Source: Lytechinus pictus (lineage: Eukaryota). From it: a DNA stretch of 64,000 nt. Where the stretch lies: assembly GCF_037042905.1 (NCBI RefSeq), contig NC_087251.1, positions 28,274,001 to 28,338,000 on the forward strand, read 5' to 3'. Under the pieces are notes generated by a model. The model worked only from the letters and a program-made list of their open reading frames with translations, had not been told where the DNA came from and did no database searches. Position 1 is the first letter of the stretch. The number at the start of each line of letters is the position of its first letter. The position numbers and the translations under genes were made by a program. This document shows positions 13,661 through 26,911 of this stretch, piece after piece.

Positions 13661-14182
13661 CGGGGGGGGGGGGGGGCAGTCAAATATATTGCTGTACACA
13701 CGCATTTAAAGGGGTGGGTTTTTTTTTCAGTTTTGAAAGACTGGTCAATGGTCAATCGCAGGGTCAAACGTATTTAGGGTATGCTTTTTTTCCAACGCTT
13801 TTTTTTCTAAGACTAGCCAAACGTGTTTAGGGTATGTTTTTTTCCCAAGCTTTTTCCCCCAGGGCATTTTCCTCCTCGTTTCTGCAAAGTGTTCAGGTTC
13901 TTCCTGATTGTGGTATTCTAACCCTAACTGCAATTGGGGGTATGCAATACCCATGAATATAGTTTTGTCTATATTTAAATATATTGTTAGCAAGAAGACA
14001 AAACTTGTTTAGGGGTCATATTCTAGCGACAACTTGTTTAGGGGCCAAAATGTGTTAATGAAGCTCGCAAAAAACTTGTTTAGGGGGTTATTTTGCACAC
14101 AGAGAAAAACTCGTTTAGGGGGTGTTTGGAAATAATTTGGCCATGCATGTGTACAGTAATACATTTGACTGCCCCCCCTGGG
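13661..14182. mobile_element. MITE with poly-G-initiated TIRs
   Basis: GGGGGGGCAGTCAAATATATTGCTGTACAC / GTGTACAGTAATACATTTGACTGCCCCCCC, flanked by direct repeat CATAGAT. Confidence 0.7.
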
Positions 14183-14555
14183 CATAGATCTATAAGAGAT
14201 TTAGGAAGGAAAAGTTGGTTACATACCAAAATATGGCTTTATTCCGTCAAAATCTCGAGTGTGTGTAATTCCCAATGGCATCGGTTTATTTAGTCAGAAA
14301 AATAAATACCCAATACTCTTGGAGAGTAGACTAGTCGTAATATCGGCTTATAATCACTGTGAAACCCACAGCTTTCAACAATTCCTGCTAGCTCAGTGAG
14401 TAAGGCGACGAACTAGAGATGCCTCATTCTGCAAGTCAGAGGTTCAAATCTCAAGTAAGTAAAAAAAAAAAAACCAAAGAAAAAGATAAGAAAAGTAGGG
14501 GGTTTTGTAGTAGAATTTTTTTTTCAAAAGTGGAGGGGACATATGGAAGTCTTTC

Positions 14556-16336
14556 CAAAATATTCAGTCTTCACCATCACCTGAACCTTTTATTTCGGAA
14601 TGACGACTTCATAAAATTATACAGATCTAGATCTGCAGTGTATTTCAAGAAATGGAGATCAAATAATTTTTTATATATTACTGATTGTAGAATCGAGGTA
14701 TGGAGCTTAGGCCTACTTTATGAGGTAAAAAGAGAAAAAACTTCAAAGATTCACAAACGTAACTGGAAAAAAAAATCTAAATTTTCATTATTTCCCTTAT
14801 CTAGAACACGGTTCCCTTTTAAAGACAGCTTTCATTGATAATTCAGCGAAAGCGACCCTTGTCCGACATAAAAATTGATGTAACTCATGAATTTCAACAT
14901 TATATGAGCTCAATATTCTGAATTCTTATAGAATACTTATTTATAGTGATAATTTTGCAAATTATGCTTTAAATGTTATTTGTTGAGGTATTCAAATAAG
15001 GTTTGAATGGAGTAAACAAAATCAACATGTCTGATTGTATGAGACTAAAAAGGAAAATATGAGAGGCTGCATTTAAAAAATCAAATTTATGTATTTTTTG
15101 TCAGATATAATGCAAGAAATACAAATGTGAGTGTTTAGAGTATAAACATATACCTAAGTTGCATGAAAATTAATCGAAGACAAGCAAAATATAAAAATTG
15201 CTGCAAATATGTCAAGTGCTTTGCAATAATAAAACAGAAAAATGTGTGAAATCAATCCACAGTGGAAAAAGAAAATACCATTTGACAATGATCATAAACG
15301 TTGGTCATATTTAAAATTGATAACTTTATGGAAGTTTATATAAGAACATAAGCTTCAAGAATATAAGAAATATATGTTCAACAATTCAAAGTTAATTATT
15401 CGAGACGTACATTATTATTTTGACATGATATACATGTAGGGCCTACCCGAAGATTTAAAATGCCCCTTTTCGCATGGACTTTCCATAACCATTTCTTTTA
15501 TAAGTACAAATTTATCTTCGTTTGTAATGATTGTGATGGATTCGTAAGCTATAATAGGCCTAATCTATATTTTGATTAGCTATTTTGTTATAGCAGATTT
15601 TTTGTTTGTTTCATTCATCATCTCAAGTTAGCCCAATTAAGTTTCATTGATTATTATTAATCTCAACAAAAAAATAATAATGATAATGAAAATGAAATAA
15701 AAACAAATAAATGATTTAGCATATTTTGTTACATCATAGTTTTGTATCTTGATTTTCTTTTTGCTTTCATTTCTTTGTTTGGGGTTGTTTTGCTGAACGT
15801 TAAAAACATGTTTTCTGTACCATACATAATTTCTTTTTTTTAATTCGTTTTCATGTTGTTTATCTAATGATAAAGCATGAGGGGTCAGAGAGATTGCTGC
15901 CCATGTCAATATTTCAAGTTTAATTGAAAAAAAATTGGAAAAGAGGGAGAAAATGTGAGGAAAAAAATATGTTAAAAAAAATTAATTTGGGCCTAGATTA
16001 CCCAGGAGAAGTTTAAATGACATCAGTTTTGCCGTGAAATTGATGACAGCCCCTATTGGCGCCATCCCAGATAAAATGCATCAGAATGCAATCGAATGAC
16101 CCCACAAAATGTTTAAAGGTGATATGTCAGTGTGGCTTGCTGTAAACGCATTTTCTCTCAATGCCGACAGTGGCGGGAGGTGTGCAAAGAAGATCATGCC
16201 TACGTAGGACATGTCTGGAGGTGTCTTTCCAAGGACCATTCTTTGTATCACCCAAAACGACTTTGTGAAATAGTTGAGCGATATCTCCTTTGTATGTAGA
16301 GCGGTTCTGCCAAAGACCATTTCCTGAAACAGGCCC
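14556..16336 (-). mobile_element. Second, truncated, inverted copy of the Harbinger-like element at 7296
   Basis: Reverse complement aligns by eye with 7296-9982, minus the two nested inserts; terminus GGGCCTGTT at 16336. Confidence 0.85.
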
Positions 16337-17480
16337 CCGGTGCCTGCTGCAAAACTGGCTCCAGCTCTAACATTAGACTAAGGCCAGGATCATCTAGATC
16401 TAACAAAACAGTTAGAGGTATAAGCACAATTATATTTCTTCTGCGAAAAGAATTTATGTAAAAATATATTTTTAAGGAATAAAATATATCGAATCCAAAT
16501 CTAGATCACCAATAGAGGGCCTCACAAGAGATAGCCTATTTATGCCACAAATATGATAAAAACTCTTTTTTTAAGTGTGCAGGTAAAAAAAATCACAGTT
16601 TACTTGTATGATATCAATCAATAGTAATAAACTGAATGTACTGCTATATGTACTTTGAGCCAAAATCAGTAAGTTTCGCAATGTGTTTAAGTTTTTTATT
16701 ATTTTTGTCAATATTCATTGATTCATATTTTCTAAATTATTTTTACATTATCAATGGATAATTGTGAAAATGAAGAAATATAATTGCACAAACTGTGCTT
16801 TTATACTGCTTTTTAGTGATAACTAGTAGAAAATGAAAGTAAAAAGGTAAATATGGACAACATTTTTCCTCGCTTTGCTTGCTCGCTGCCGTTTATAAAT
16901 TTTGTCCTTTTCCGGCATGGTGTTGACCATCCCGGAAAAAAGTTGGGAATCGTGTGATCAGAGTAGGATTTTCAATGACTAAATATTGGCAGGTATGCAT
17001 AATGGCCTTAAGATAATGTAATATATATATATATATACACATGTATATATATATAGATATGCATTATAAAATTGAAAGTGGTACAGCATATTGAAGTGTC
17101 ACAAGTTGCATTCTGTGAACATATTTGTTGGTTATGGAATGTTAATGTATTTACTCTAAGAAAGAATTGTGTTTGTTTGTTCATTTCTTGTTTTGTTTTT
17201 GCAAATTTGGATCTTGCATTTTAAAACTAACTGACCAACCATTGCTCCAGCAAAGTCTAATACAAAGGTCTTCAAACAAAATGAAAAGTATGATGTAGTT
17301 TGATTACAAGAAAATATCAAAGACAAAATATAGAAACAATCATTTCTAGATTTAATGCATATTATTAATATCTTTTCAATGAAAAGACCCATCTAAGTTC
17401 TAAGTTTTATGAAAATAAATCACTATTACCAGAATGTTTTATATAATTTGTATTTTTAACAATGAAAACCAGTACTGAAG

Positions 17481-17587
17481 ATGGGAGAGCGAGGCAAGCT
17501 AGTAACAAGATGGCAAACATCATTACGCAAGGGAACAGATTTTGATTCCTGGGGTCAGGTGGTGGAAGCAGTAGAAGAATACCAAAT
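17481..17587 (+). CDS. AIDA: AIDA coding exon 1
   Basis: ATG at 17481; MGERGKLVTRWQTSLRKGTDFDSWGQVVEAVEEYQ; donor GTAAGT at 17588. Confidence 0.93.
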
Positions 17588-20500
17588 GTAAGTTAAAGGT
17601 CAAGTCCACCCCAGAAAAATGTTGATTTGAATAAATAGGGAAAAATCATACTAGCAAAACGCTGAAAATTTCATCAAAATCAGATGTAAAATAAGAAAGT
17701 TATGACATTTTAAAGTTTTGCTTAGTTTTCACGAATCAAGTGATATGCACAATTTGGTGACATGCGAATGAGACAGTCAATGATGTCCCTCACTCACTAT
17801 TTCTTTGTTTTTTATTGTTTGAATTATACAGTATTTCATTTTTTACAGATATGACAATAAGGACCATTTTGACTGAACCATAATAGTATTCAACAATGCT
17901 AATTCCACATGTTCAGGGAGGAAGTAAGATTTTGTTGTTTCACTTGACAATGAGGAGAAAATTAGAATATTTCATGTAAAGAAATACAAAAGAAATGGTG
18001 AGTGAATGACATCATCAGTCTCCTCATTTGCATACCGACAAGCATGTGCATATAACGGTTTTGTGAAATTAAGTGTAATTTTAAAATGTCACAACTTTCT
18101 TATTTTACATCCAATTTTGATGAAATTTTCAGTGTTGTACTTGTCAGATTTTTCTATTTTTATTCAAATCAACTTTTACCGGGGTGGACTTGATCCCTCT
18201 ACTCCTTTAACTCTCACAGATTTGCCAAGACTTCTACTCTTACATGTAGTATTCTAACATGACATGCATAAGATGATATTATCATTTAGTCTTGTGACAC
18301 TTTATGGCTTTATAAAGTTCTATTTCAACCACAGATGTAGTATGTAATATTAGTTTGGGATGGTTCAGAAAGATTTAAGTGAGTTTATAAAAGTTTCCTT
18401 TAAATTCTGAGTTGGATTTAGACTATAACACTGCCCTAAATTGGTCAGATGATTTCAGGGGACAGGCTCTTCTGTGTAATCATCAATGAGATTACCCATT
18501 AGATATTATGTGCATGTTGGCACTAAAGCAAGACTAAGTCACACTTAATTCTTACTAAACACTTCCTGGAATTTTTTTCTATTCAACTATACATGTATCT
18601 TTTTGTAACACAAGCCTATTGGCAGTATGCAGTTCCCCATTATGGTACAATCTTTACCTTTGCTTACATTAATTGAATGGAATTGAATTTTATCTTGCAA
18701 ATGTAGGTTGGAGAGGCAGCTCAACAAGGAAATGAATGCAAAACCTTCTGTGTTCTCTGAAAGTCAAAAGGTAAAAGTCATGAAAATAGATGTAATTTAT
18801 AAATGTTATTGTACTCCCCTCATTTCAATGCAAATTTACTTGTTCACTAACTATTTTTGCTATCTGATTTGTGATCCTTTTCATCATATGCCTATGAATA
18901 TTCATGAACACAATCAATCCCACCAATCAGCATACCCTCATTCAGTTTATAGTCTGGTTTACTAACATATTCAAATTTTATGCATACCAGTTTAACAAGG
19001 TTGCCCCTAACAACCGGAAAGCTTGCCCGACATAGCAACAACTAATGTATGCAAAGTGGATTCCAAGTATTGAAATGCCATTGTTGGGTACAGGTTAATG
19101 GAATATAAACTCGTTACTAGGCCCCGAGGGAAGAAAAATCCATAAATTTGACTATATTAGTAAACCAGTCTATTGATCAAAATTCAGATAAAACATTTAA
19201 CTTAATTCTGGTTGAAATTTTTAGATTGCATATGAACAATTAGTTCACTTCGATATTTATTATCGAATTTTTCCATGAAATAACTACATTTAGACCAGAG
19301 TAGCACTGGTATTGTATATATCAAATGTAAATATGATTGAGTTCTTACAAAATGTAATATAGAGCAAAAATAATCAAGAAAATTCACACCCGTACACAAA
19401 TTTGAATATGTTTTCCCTATAGACCTTCTACACCTGTTACAGTACTGAAATCCTGTTACATTATATGATTGCCTTTGAGCAAAAATATACAAATGTTGAA
19501 TAACATATGCATTGGAAATAATTTACTTGAAACAGGGTCTATTAATTTTCATGCATGGTATGAATGCAACAGGGTAACACATTCTTACATGTATGTACCT
19601 GCTCAGTTAGAAGCTAAATTAAGATTCATTGCTTAATTGAGTTGTCAAAGATTTTGACATTACTGAACCAGCATTTATGTATTCTCATTCTTGGTTTTAT
19701 TTGATAGAAAACTCTGCAGCAAATCATGGCCTGTCTGAGTCTCAGAGCTGAAACATTACAGGTGAGAAGCTTGTCTATTTTGTGTGAAATACAGTGTATT
19801 TTTATGCCCCCGCAGACGAAGTCCGGAGGGGGCATTAAGCGTTGCCCCTGTCCGTCCGTCCCCCCACTTGGTCTCCGCGCTATAACTCAAAAAATATGTG
19901 ATGGATTTAAAAAAAATTTGGTGTGTAGGTAGATGACACCAAAATACAGGCTAAATTTGAATTAGGAGTCCGCAGGTCAAAGGTCACAGCTCATTATATA
20001 TGTGAGTTTGTTCAAAGGTCTAAATTTGTTCATTATATATATGCATATTGTTTTTTGCACGATACTAAGTTCAATCGTATTGAATAAATTTCTGATCGCG
20101 TTAAGCGGGGGCATCTGTGTCCTTTGGACACGTCAAATTTCTAGTGTTTCATATGTGTACGTGCCAATGCATGTAGTAATATACATACCAATATACACAC
20201 CAATATACATGTAGTTATGGCAGTTTATTGCTACTGTCGTATGGTAGCTCAGAACCTTGTATCGTAAAGGCATGTGATTAATATTTTGAATTGATTGTAA
20301 TTGTATGTGTGATTTGGCATAGACTTATGATTACAATTTATTGTATAATTACATCTTTATGATCATACAAGAACCTTATCTGGAGATCTGTTTAAGTCAT
20401 TCTCACTATTTCTTGTCAACTAATTGCAATACCCAAGCACACAATTTCCTCATGTAGCAATCTACTGTAATGTTATCTGTTGCCACCAGTAAAGAATCTG

Positions 20501-23164
20501 AAGCTGTTACTATTGACAACTTGCTTTTATCATATTTTTTAAAGGTTATACCTACATCATCAGATATATATACTTGTGGGCGACAACCCAAATGACAGCC
20601 TGAATCGCCTCTAAAATTCTCAAAACCTTATACTTTTGGGCAAAAATTTATTTCATTCACCCCATTATTTCCAGACAGTAAATCATGCATTGCATTTGTT
20701 CTTTATATCATACAAGCGATATGTGTAAATAAATGACGTGCAGTTGGTGCGTGGGATGCGCTGCATGTATGCGCATTTGGCAGAAAGTTTTCGTAAACAC
20801 ATTCAAAATGAATATTTCACAATCATGTGCCTCAAGCCCATCTATAAATTCCAAGATTCTTCATTCTCTTGACAATCTATCTTGATTATTTTAAAATTTG
20901 CCAAAATGCAGTCAATTAAAGTATATATGCTGCTATTTATTTTGTAAATTATTACATAAGCACAGTGATCTCTTTTGCCAAACCTGGAATGAAATAATTT
21001 ATATTCATTTTTTTTTTTACAGATGTGCACTAATGTTACAATGAAGCTCTAAGAGCTGAATATCCAAATCTCAAAATATAAAATTTTCTTTGTCTTTATT
21101 ATTTCAACAGTCACCAAATGCAACAGATGAACTTTCACTTGAAGAGTTGAAAAGAGTGGATAGAGGTATGAAACTTTTTTGCTTGCATTCCATAGTGCTG
21201 CATCATTTTTTCTTTTTTCACAAAACTATGACATAATTCTATGTTCATTAATCTTTGGTGTATGTTACATTCATGAAGTCAACTTAATATTCTAGGATTT
21301 AGATATAGGACTGAAATTCCTTCACCATTTTTCATAAGTGATCATGTTCATAATTGTGTAGTTTTCATATCCAGCAATTGTATAATAAAGAAATGAAAAT
21401 TTTGGTTATATCACGGACAAAGAGTACTCTATGACAGATAGACCGTGTATTTGATTAAAAGATATAATTTCATGTGTACTCTATAAACTGAATTTCATTT
21501 TGTAAAAAAGGACCAGTCAGAATATAACCATTGCCAATTTGAAGAATGTTTGATCACTACAAATCCAGATGCTCACCTCCTATTATTGCTTCCTTTGTTT
21601 ATTCCCAGCCTTGCAAGATTTGCTGTCAAGCTCACCTTCTCAGTTTCCAGTAGACTTGCCAGCAGGAGCACTACGGACACGGTATGAAAACACACTCAAA
21701 ACAATATAACTTTTAATGATCCCTTCATATTATTGGGCAGCCAAGAAACATAAAATAAAAACATTCTACTTTGAAACTGTGCCCTTTTGAGAGCAAGGAA
21801 CATTATAAAACATAACTTTATAGATGGTCTCTTGTTTTCTGTTTAATGAAAAAAAAATAGGATTACTCCCTCTTTTACTTCTACAAGGCTATGAAAATGA
21901 CTATGAATATTATGTTACATTAGATGAACAATCATCATTTAACATTTATTTGATATACTTCATATAAAGATAAAGGAAGCTGTCAGAAATTTCAGTAAAA
22001 GGAATTTATTGGCCTTTGAAAATGATAGAAAAATGCATCAAGAACACTTCAACAGTCTACATTTCACTTATGAAAAAATAATATTGCATTAATAAGTTCA
22101 AAACCAAACTGATGTAAATTTTTCTTATACTTCCAGTTGTCTTCAATATGAATCTATATTAGAAATTAAACTCAATTGTTGCGTTATTTCACCTATTGGC
22201 TTCAATCAATTTCAGCAATTGGCTTCTTTTGGTGAAGATCAAGTGTGCAATATTTTTTTTTTTATTATATTCTCTTATTGATTGGGTTTTCATCCTTTTT
22301 CCTGTCAACTGTGAGTATGCTTGGTAGAATTGAAATTTATTTTCAAATTAATTAATTATCATCCTTGTTTCATTAACAGAAAAAATTCACCAAGAAAGAA
22401 CTTTGAGATTGACATCGAGGGGGAGGAAGATGAAGAGGAGGAGGAGGAAGAAGAAGATGCTACGCCACAACTTCAATCCAAATCTCAAAACATTAAACCT
22501 ACTGGTAAGATGATGAATTCAAATATGCTTTCAATCTTATCCCTGATGAAGGACAGTAGTCTTTTGGCAAAGTATTAGTCTGCATTCCTGATTCGTTTTA
22601 CTTATCTGTCTTTAATATACAATAAGCATTTATTGGTCTATACTGTATTAATTGGCCTGACATTACTGTTTCTTATTTTTATTATTATTTTTTAATGATG
22701 ATAGTCATGAGCACAATCAAGATTTCAATGTGGCCTACATGAGTAGGAATGTCCATAAAGAGAAGTAGAAGCATTTCTGAAGATATGCTCTTATAATTTA
22801 AATGAATAAACCACTATGAACATTTAGACACAAGTAGGATATATGTTACTTTGTGTTTTCGTTTACTTTTCTCAAAGAGGATGTCAACAGTAGATATTTT
22901 TTTCCCATAGGCACTCTTTTACCAAGGATAGCCCATGAGCCTGGAACGACGGGAATGTCAATTCATATCGAAAAGATTGGTCTGAAAGATTCTACTTCGT
23001 ACCTTGATCCCTTCATCACAGTATCTGTTAAAGGTGAGAGATGTACCATATCAAATAACTCCTCTCTTTTTTCTTTTCTTTTTATTTTGTCATTTTCACC
23101 TCCTTTTATTTATACTATTACTAATGCTACTGCTGCTTCTATTAAGTCTACTACGACTACTACG

Positions 23165-23204
<40 letters not shown>

Positions 23205-23219
23205 TTACTACTACTACTT

Positions 23220-23253
<34 letters not shown>

Positions 23254-23313
23254 TTATATACTACTACTACTTTTACTACTGCTACTATAATTACTACTTT
23301 CACTACCACTTTT

Positions 23314-23394
<81 letters not shown>

Positions 23395-26179
23395 AACTAC
23401 TACTACTACTACTACTACTACTCCTACTACTACTTCTACTACTACTTCTACTACTACTACTACTACTACTACTTCTTCTTCTTCTACTTCCACTGTTACT
23501 ACTACTACTACTACTACTCTTACTACTTTTACTTCTTCTTCCTCCTCCTGATCCTCTTTCTCATTCTGCTACATACAGCCAAATATACCATCTCCAACAC
23601 TACAATAGACACCAACAAATATGTTCCCCAAGACAGTATGAACCTGGAGTAGACCACATCATTCTTGTTGGAAACCCAGCCATGTACAGAGAGACTGCAC
23701 TACCTATCAACAGCATGATATATCGTACTATTGGCTCTGTTATGATGTAACTGGAAATATGCAGGTTTTCACTTGCATCCTTGCTTACTCTTATATTTTT
23801 CTTGTCATCCAACCAATGTCCTGCACTTTGTCTCCTCCATCTGAACATGACATGATTGGTGTCCCAGTATAGCTTCACTGAGCTGAGTTTTGAGATTACT
23901 GTAACAGTCAAATTTGATTATTTTGTTTCTTTTATTAGATATGGCTGGCGTTGATGTCATGAAATCACAAGATACACCCGTTGCTACAAAGAGAGAGGAC
24001 CAGTATGTCATCTACAAGGCAAATGTGGAGTTACAAAAACCCCTGGAAAAATTACCCAAAGGTATGCGGAAAATAAACTTACTTTCCAACGGAAAATGTA
24101 TGTAACATGTTTTATAGTATGGTAGTGTAAATATGTGTACCTACAAACAAGCTACTAGAGAATGGAAGAGCAAAAACAATGAAGGAAAAAGAGAGACAAA
24201 AATGCTATAAGTTCATTTGATATTATAAGCCACAAATATTTTTGGCATTTTTTGGGGGGGGGTATATGGTAATTTTAATACATGTAGTTTATTAATGAGA
24301 ATAATAGTGATACATTTATCTTAAAAGGGTTATTTTTATAAGGAATGGACATACATGTATATTTCACAATTTTTATCATTGTTGTTGTCAATATCACTAC
24401 TATCAAGATTTCTATTTTGAATGTGTTCACAGGTACAGCAGTGTTCTTTGAGTTCAAGCATTACAAAGCAAAGAAGAGAACAATTAGCTGTAAATGTTTT
24501 GCATTCATGGAGATGGATGAGATCAAGAATGGACCACTTGTCATAGAATTGTAAGTTAATTGTACAATTCTGTCATTTAAAAAAAGAAGAAAAAAAATTC
24601 ACTGTCTCAACCAATTGCGGGCCTGTAGACCTGCAATCTTGCAGGATTTCTGTTTTTTTTTAATGGATTGGTGGCCATTCCATCACATATGTACTTGGTT
24701 GCCAGTAATGCTTTAGCTTGAAATGATTGTAAATGACTATCAGTTCACATCCATAACAGTAACGTCTGGAACAAAAAAATCATTCAGTTTGCATTTATAT
24801 TCAGATGCAACTTGCATGGTGTCTGCTTGGATAGATGGCAATTACTACGCATATTTTCTTGATAGCCAGTGAAAATGCAAGCAATTTTTCAATACCCAAA
24901 ACATTACACAATCATTTGTAATTTTGCATCTATATTTGGATCTGTGAATCGCTAGTCACTGAAGTGGTTGCAGTGTGCAGATTTGTTTTTCTTTTTTCAT
25001 TCTTGTGTGTGTGTGTTGGGTGCTGTGGGTGGAAAGATGGTCGAGTCATGATTTTCATGAATTATGACATTTTCTTAATAGAATGTCCGAATTTAGCATA
25101 AATATCAGCCTATATGGTAAATTATGTGTAAATTTACAATCAAATGAAATTATTAAATGCATTTTTGTTATGTCACAGGATACAGGTCTGAAGAATATTA
25201 TATGAAGCATCTATTCCGTGATCTCGGTCACAAATTTGCCCTCGGCGAATCTTATCAAATGATTTCAGCAACTTATTACAGTTGTCAGTGAAAATAAGGG
25301 ATGAGATGTTTTTTGAAAAACAGACATATTTTATATCAAAAGCTGCATAAGATATGAATCTATGCCTCAATGACAACACAGGGAGAGGAGAATGTCCATA
25401 AATTGCATTTGGGTGAAAGACTAATTGAATGAGATGGGCAATAATAACATTCAAGTGCTTTAATGCTAGATATTGATATATTATATTATGAATTTTGAGA
25501 TTTGCATCATGATGATTGTGTTGTTTTGGTGATGATGACTGATTTGAAAAGATTAAAGCCAATTTGGATTCTCAAATCTTCAGAGATGCCATTTTTCATA
25601 GTAATGCACTTGGTTCGAATAATAATAATAGTGATATCTTATTGAGCGCACACACCGTCCAGAGACGCTCATGGCGTACATTGGTACAGTTCTTTAGGTC
25701 ATCTATACAGAAATTCAATATTTCTTTCACCATATTTTGATAGAATACTTTGAATACTTAATTTTCCCATGCTATAGTGACTCGTTAAGCTGTAGTGTTA
25801 TTGATTATGTGCATTGTGTGCTCCTATTCTTGCAGAAATGAAATGTAAATATTCCTCAGACTTTATATTACCATTTTCAGGATTCTTTAAACTCTAATTT
25901 ATATTACTGGCTTCATTTATTGGTTGCAGAGACCAGAGCAGTGAAATACCTGGAATAAAAGCATTCCATTGATTTTTAATGAGTTTGATTTCTAACTTGT
26001 GAGAAATATGGAATTAACTCACTAACCTGCCTATTTTGTACTCCGATTTTCACCATTTTTTTTCTTGTATTTCACTTCACAGATATAGGAAGCCAACGGA
26101 CTTCAAGAGGAAGAAGCTGAGTCTGTTAACATCCAAACCACTTTATCTTCATCTCAATTTGAATTTGTATGAGAACTGA
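17481..26179 (+). CDS. AIDA: Axin interactor, dorsalization-associated protein (N-terminal helical domain + C-terminal C2 domain), 10 coding exons, 312 aa
   Basis: Join 17481-17587, 18707-18770, 19708-19761, 21111-21165, 21609-21681, 22380-22504, 22911-23033, 23939-24061, 24433-24550, 26083-26179 = 939 nt. All introns are GT-AG with consistent phases. The protein has AIDA hallmarks: DFDSWGQVVEAVEEYQ, GTLLPR..EPG, IEKIGLKD, QDTPVA, FFEFKHYK, KCFAFMEMDEIK, YRKPTDFKRKKL..LTSKPLYLHL. Confidence 0.96.
17597..18206. mobile_element. Kolobok-type MITE in AIDA intron 1
   Basis: TTAA (17593-17596) AGGTCAAGTCCACCCC ... GGGGTGGACTTGA..CCT TTAA (18207-18210). Confidence 0.82.
18707..18770 (+). CDS. AIDA: AIDA coding exon 2
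   Basis: tag| LERQLNKEMNAKPSVFSESQK |gtaaaa. Confidence 0.9.
19708..19761 (+). CDS. AIDA: AIDA coding exon 3
   Basis: tag| KTLQQIMACLSLRAETLQ |gtgaga. Confidence 0.92.
19799..20145 (+). mobile_element. Helentron-associated (DINE-1/HINE-like) short element in AIDA intron 3
   Basis: subTIR ATGCCCCCGC (19804-19813) / GCGGGGGCAT (20105-20114), (GTCC)n, 3' hairpin GTGTCC-ttt-GGACAC, CTAGT end. Confidence 0.78.
21111..21165 (+). CDS. AIDA: AIDA coding exon 4
   Basis: cag| SPNATDELSLEELKRVDR |gtatga. Confidence 0.9.
21609..21681 (+). CDS. AIDA: AIDA coding exon 5
   Basis: cag| LQDLLSSSPSQFPVDLPAGALRT |gtatga; phases 1 and 2 fit the neighbouring exons. Confidence 0.88.
22380..22504 (+). CDS. AIDA: AIDA coding exon 6 (acidic linker)
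   Basis: cag| KNSPRKNFEIDIEGEEDEEEEEEEEDATPQLQSKSQNIKPT |gtaaga. Confidence 0.92.
22911..23033 (+). CDS. AIDA: AIDA coding exon 7
   Basis: tag| GTLLPRIAHEPGTTGMSIHIEKIGLKDSTSYLDPFITVSVK |gtgaga. Confidence 0.96.
23148..23530. repeat. (ACT)n/(CTA)n trinucleotide microsatellite, ~380 bp, AIDA intron 7
   Basis: Directly visible; it explains the poly-L/T/V ORFs. Confidence 0.97.
23939..24061 (+). CDS. AIDA: AIDA coding exon 8
   Basis: tag| DMAGVDVMKSQDTPVATKREDQYVIYKANVELQKPLEKLPK |gtatgc. Confidence 0.96.
24433..24550 (+). CDS. AIDA: AIDA coding exon 9
   Basis: cag| GTAVFFEFKHYKAKKRTISCKCFAFMEMDEIKNGPLVIE |gtaagt. Confidence 0.97.
26083..26179 (+). CDS. AIDA: AIDA coding exon 10 (stop)
   Basis: cag| YRKPTDFKRKKLSLLTSKPLYLHLNLNLYEN*; TGA at 26177-26179. 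Confidence 0.96.
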
Positions 26180-26616
26180 GAAACAACTCAAGCTGGTGTG
26201 TGCTGCTACAGACTGCCTTATGTTCGAAATATGGAAGCCCCTTTGATTAGACAACTACACGCTTTAGATACTTCTTAAAAGTGCACTGGCTTGACGAGAT
26301 AAGTTAGGACAAGAAGACGGGGAGAGTGGGTTGAGAGAACAATGAAAAAATAAACCAGGTTTCATCAAGTGGACATGGTCTGGACAAGAAGATTAGATCC
26401 CTGGCGAGCTCTAATTGACTTGGTTAAGAAAGGCAAGATCAAGGATCTCATCATATCGATTTGATGGCAACACAAAGACAAGAAGACACGATGTTTGTCA
26501 TCTCGTTATCCTGACAGGTCACTTGATGAGATCCAGTTTCTTATCATCTTTTACAAATAAGATTAACATGATCTTCTTGTCGTATCTTCCTGATGAAGAA
26601 TAACTTTACATTTTGT

Positions 26617-26911
26617 GGGCGCGTGGTGGTCTAGTGGTTCTGACTCTCGCCTTTCAAACAGAGGGTTGCGTGTTCGAATCCTAGCCACAGCCTGTTTTCC
26701 TACAGCAAGAAATTTATCCACACTGTGCTGCACTCGACCCAGGTAAGGTGAATAAGGTAGGAAGAAATTCCTCAAATGCTCGAGCGCCCAATCAAGGTAG
26801 GCGTGCTAAAGCCGGGGTAGTAATAACATCATCATGTTATGCAGGGCCCGCTGGTAGAACAGTTTTCAGAATTGAAGTGGCTTCCCTGGGTAAAATATGA
26901 CATTATTATTA
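26617..26911 (+). mobile_element. tRNA-derived SINE (tRNA-Glu-like head), ~440 bp after the AIDA stop
   Basis: A box GGTGGTCTAGTGG, B box GTTCGAATCC (26672-26681), SINE body GCAAGAAATTTATCCACACTGTGCTGCACTCGACCCAGG, (ATT)n tail. Confidence 0.82.

Noticed and set aside
14386..14452. tRNA-like A/B boxes (TAGCTCAGTGAG...GGTTCAAATC)
   Set aside because: No cloverleaf or SINE body; too degenerate to call.
7202..16320. Paralogous ORFs 7202-7474 (+) and 16081-16320 (-) as a gene pair, or as TIRs of one giant foldback/Polinton element
   Set aside because: They are the same end of two copies of one non-autonomous element. The left copy has its own matching TIR and CAG TSD at 11339, and no polymerase or integrase lies between them.
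23004..23750. 248-aa poly-Leu ORF and overlapping poly-Thr/poly-Val ORFs
   Set aside because: Translation of an intronic (ACT)n microsatellite.
26617..26690. tRNA gene
   Set aside because: No proper acceptor stem; it continues into a SINE body and (ATT)n tail.
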